A stretch of 64,000 nt of DNA from Lytechinus pictus (Eukaryota), in NCBI RefSeq assembly GCF_037042905.1, contig NC_087256.1, positions 11,408,001-11,472,000 on the forward strand, written 5' to 3'. The translations under genes were made by a program, and so were the position numbers. Shown here piece by piece: positions 61,516 to 64,000 of this stretch. The first letter of the stretch is position 1, and each line of letters begins with the position of its first letter. The notes under the pieces were generated by a model. It ran no database searches and was not told the DNA's origin. It worked only from the letters and a program-made list of their open reading frames with translations.

Positions 61516-62771
61516 TTTGTTTTGGATATTCATAGTACATCAATTATCAGGATTTCTCAATAAATCTGTGGTAGTTTATTTTAGAATTCATTGTCAACAC
61601 CAGCAGCTCCAATTACAATGTACTTGTATTCCAGTGCTCCCCTTCAAGAGAATGAAATTTTTATATTAATTTGCCATGTGTGGCTCTATTTTTATCGGAT
61701 CTGGAAAGATCAATATTAATATCAGTTCTTGCTATTGTTTGCTTACCATTGGCTGTAAAATTGAAGCCAGACAATGAAATATATTATGGGTGGGTGTGTG
61801 AACAAATATACGCGTATGAAATCCCTCTTTTTTCAGGCGTTAGTTGTGCAGGTGCTCAAAGGGAACATTTCAATGTTTCTTCATGGTTGAGTGGCCATCT
61901 TTGAAATATCGAACAGCTTCTTGAGCTTTGAACCCTTTTGATTTGCTTGGCTAAACTACATTTGTATATGTACCTTCCAAGGAAGTTTATTAGTGATATG
62001 GACTTTAAGTCACAGTATCAGCTACTATTGATTGTAACATACATGTACAGTGGGCCTATATATGTACCTTTCGTATAATGAAAATTAGAATAAAAGCACA
62101 TTCCTTTGAACATAGATTACAATGCAACTATTTGTGGACGTTGCTTTGATGTTCAGGCCTACTCCTTGTTGAAAATATAAAGTGAATGTTGATAAATTCT
62201 TCTACTGTAGGTGCGTAGTTTTGTGTTTTACAGGCCTGCTCATGTCATGATAGTGTTTTAATGCAATTACCACTCATTAATACAGATACGTGTATGATTA
62301 GATTTGCATTTTTATTTTGATTATATTCTAGTATTGAATATAGAGTTATAAAAAATGACAAGGGATGAGTAATATTTAAAGGCAGAATGGTTTGAATCAA
62401 ATGGGTGTCTGTGATGCATTGTGGTTGTATTTGAGGAAGGGCTCACTGGCACAAACAAGAGGGAGAGAAGCACACAGTGTTGGAGACAGGAATGTAAATA
62501 TTGGTTGAATGGAAGAAAAAAGGGCTGTGGACATGGTGGATAAATGGGAATCCAGTGAAGGAACAGAGCAATAGCCTGTTCAGACTGTAGAAAGTTTGTA
62601 TGAAATTGAACTGCAAATGGAGTATAATTATATCAGCTTTTAAGACTATTTCAAAGGAATTGTATAAAACATGTCGGAACAAAAACTGTATTACTATAGG
62701 GATCAAAGGAAACCAGTACAAAATATCCCATGATATGACATACAGTACAAACATTTGCTATGTATTTGGTA

Positions 62772-63271
62772 GGTATGTGCCGCGGGCGAGACAAAAAACG
62801 GGGACCTTGGAGCGGACTTATTGTAAAAAGGAGGGTCCTCGGAACGGGCTTCGGAACTACAAATGTTTGTGAAAACGGGGCTCCTTGGAACGGGTCACCT
62901 GCGTGTGCATCCTATGGAACGGGCATACGTGTATGCAAATAGCCCAGCGGCACGGGCGACGCGTGCGCTCGCGCAGAGGCGATGGTCGGACAGCACTCTG
63001 CGGCCGCTTTTCACCAAAATTGCAGCTCATTGTGGCGGATCAATGCGACCGGAACGGCGTAACGAAAAATATGGGAAGCTTTGGAGCGGATTTCTTTTGT
63101 CTCGACAAGAAGAAAATGCTATGCTTCGGAGCGGCTTTCTTAGTTCTTTTTCTCAATAAGATGAAAATGCTATGCCCTGGAACCGAAATTTGAGTGTAAA
63201 AATGGGGGTCCCCTCCGCGGCACATACCCACTATGCATTATATACTGAGTGCCCCCCCCCCCCCCCCCCGG
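62772..63271. mobile_element. Unclassified repeat with inverted GGTATGTGCCGCGG and a terminal poly-C
   Basis: GGTATGTGCCGCGG (62772-62785) / CCGCGGCACATACC (63215-63228), internal GGAACGG/GGAGCGG repeats, ends GAGTG(C)nGG. Confidence 0.65.
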
Positions 63272-64000
63272 TGTACATATACAGTCAAAGAGCTTCAAAC
63301 ACACAGTGTAGGCCTACAGTGCACATGTACATGTAGCTTTCACCGGATAAACATGTAGACATATACGGTAGGCCTACATTCAGTAATGATACATATATGA
63401 TTTTCAAAAGAGGAAAGTAAATTTATGTGAAAAGTATCATTTGCTTTTCGTGAAGCCATTATTTCTGTTGGTCTGAATGGGATCTTACTAGTACTGTACA
63501 TGTGAGCAGATAGGGGAATTATTAGCCGTATTTGAGGCTCATACTCCTAGGCAAGAGAAAGGATGATTTGAAGAGCTAAGAAAGACTCTGATGTCAACAG
63601 AGTCATATTTTCTGAAGAAGGGAAAGGGTAGGAAATTCTAAGAACAGGCCTATATGTTCATGTATAGAGATGGATATCTTGATGTTTGGGGCAGCATTCA
63701 ATTGACATGCATAGAATTGTACTGGTCTACCTTGGTTAATCAGCATGAAAATTAAATAAAAACAGTACACCAGGGGCTTAATACAGAAAGAGTTGCTATC
63801 AAATGCAAATCTGAAAATCAAATGCAACTTGACTATCAACCAATGAAATACATGTACATGTATTAGAGACTTATTTTATTTTTTTTAGTCGCTCTTAACA
63901 CAACTCTTTATACAATGGGCCACAGTACATGTACAGATAGGCCTGCAACATACCGGTAATAGAAATCCACAAGGCCAACAAATTTTTAAAATAAAAGAAG

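Overview
AT-rich, intron-rich eukaryotic (animal) genomic DNA with one 131-N assembly gap. The repeat landscape looks like that of a marine invertebrate deuterostome such as a sea urchin, but this is inference only. The one well-supported protein-coding gene is a plus-strand RhoBTB atypical Rho GTPase (Rho GTPase + split BTB1 + BTB2 + C-terminal domain). It has 9 coding exons from 16144 to 33525, all with GT-AG introns and consistent phases, giving 2331 nt / 776 aa. The rest of the window is a dense mix of transposon relics: tRNA-derived SINEs, 5'-truncated L2/CR1-group LINEs, many non-autonomous DNA elements with readable TIRs and TSDs (PIF/Harbinger-, Sola-, Kolobok-, Tc1/mariner-, EnSpm- and hAT-like), and a Helentron-associated-type element carrying a 163-bp tandem array. 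There is also a 1.3-kb (CCT)n-type polypyrimidine tract. Around 47.6-48.3 kb there is a probable promoter and first non-coding exon of a second plus-strand transcription unit whose coding part is not visible. I found no clearly new biological system. The best speculative leads are a chain of small ORFs coupled by ATGA stop-start overlaps (56031-56413), strong local enrichment of the palindrome TACATGTA, MITEs carrying CTCF-like, CCAAT and X-box motifs, and Sola-like elements with internal motif arrays.
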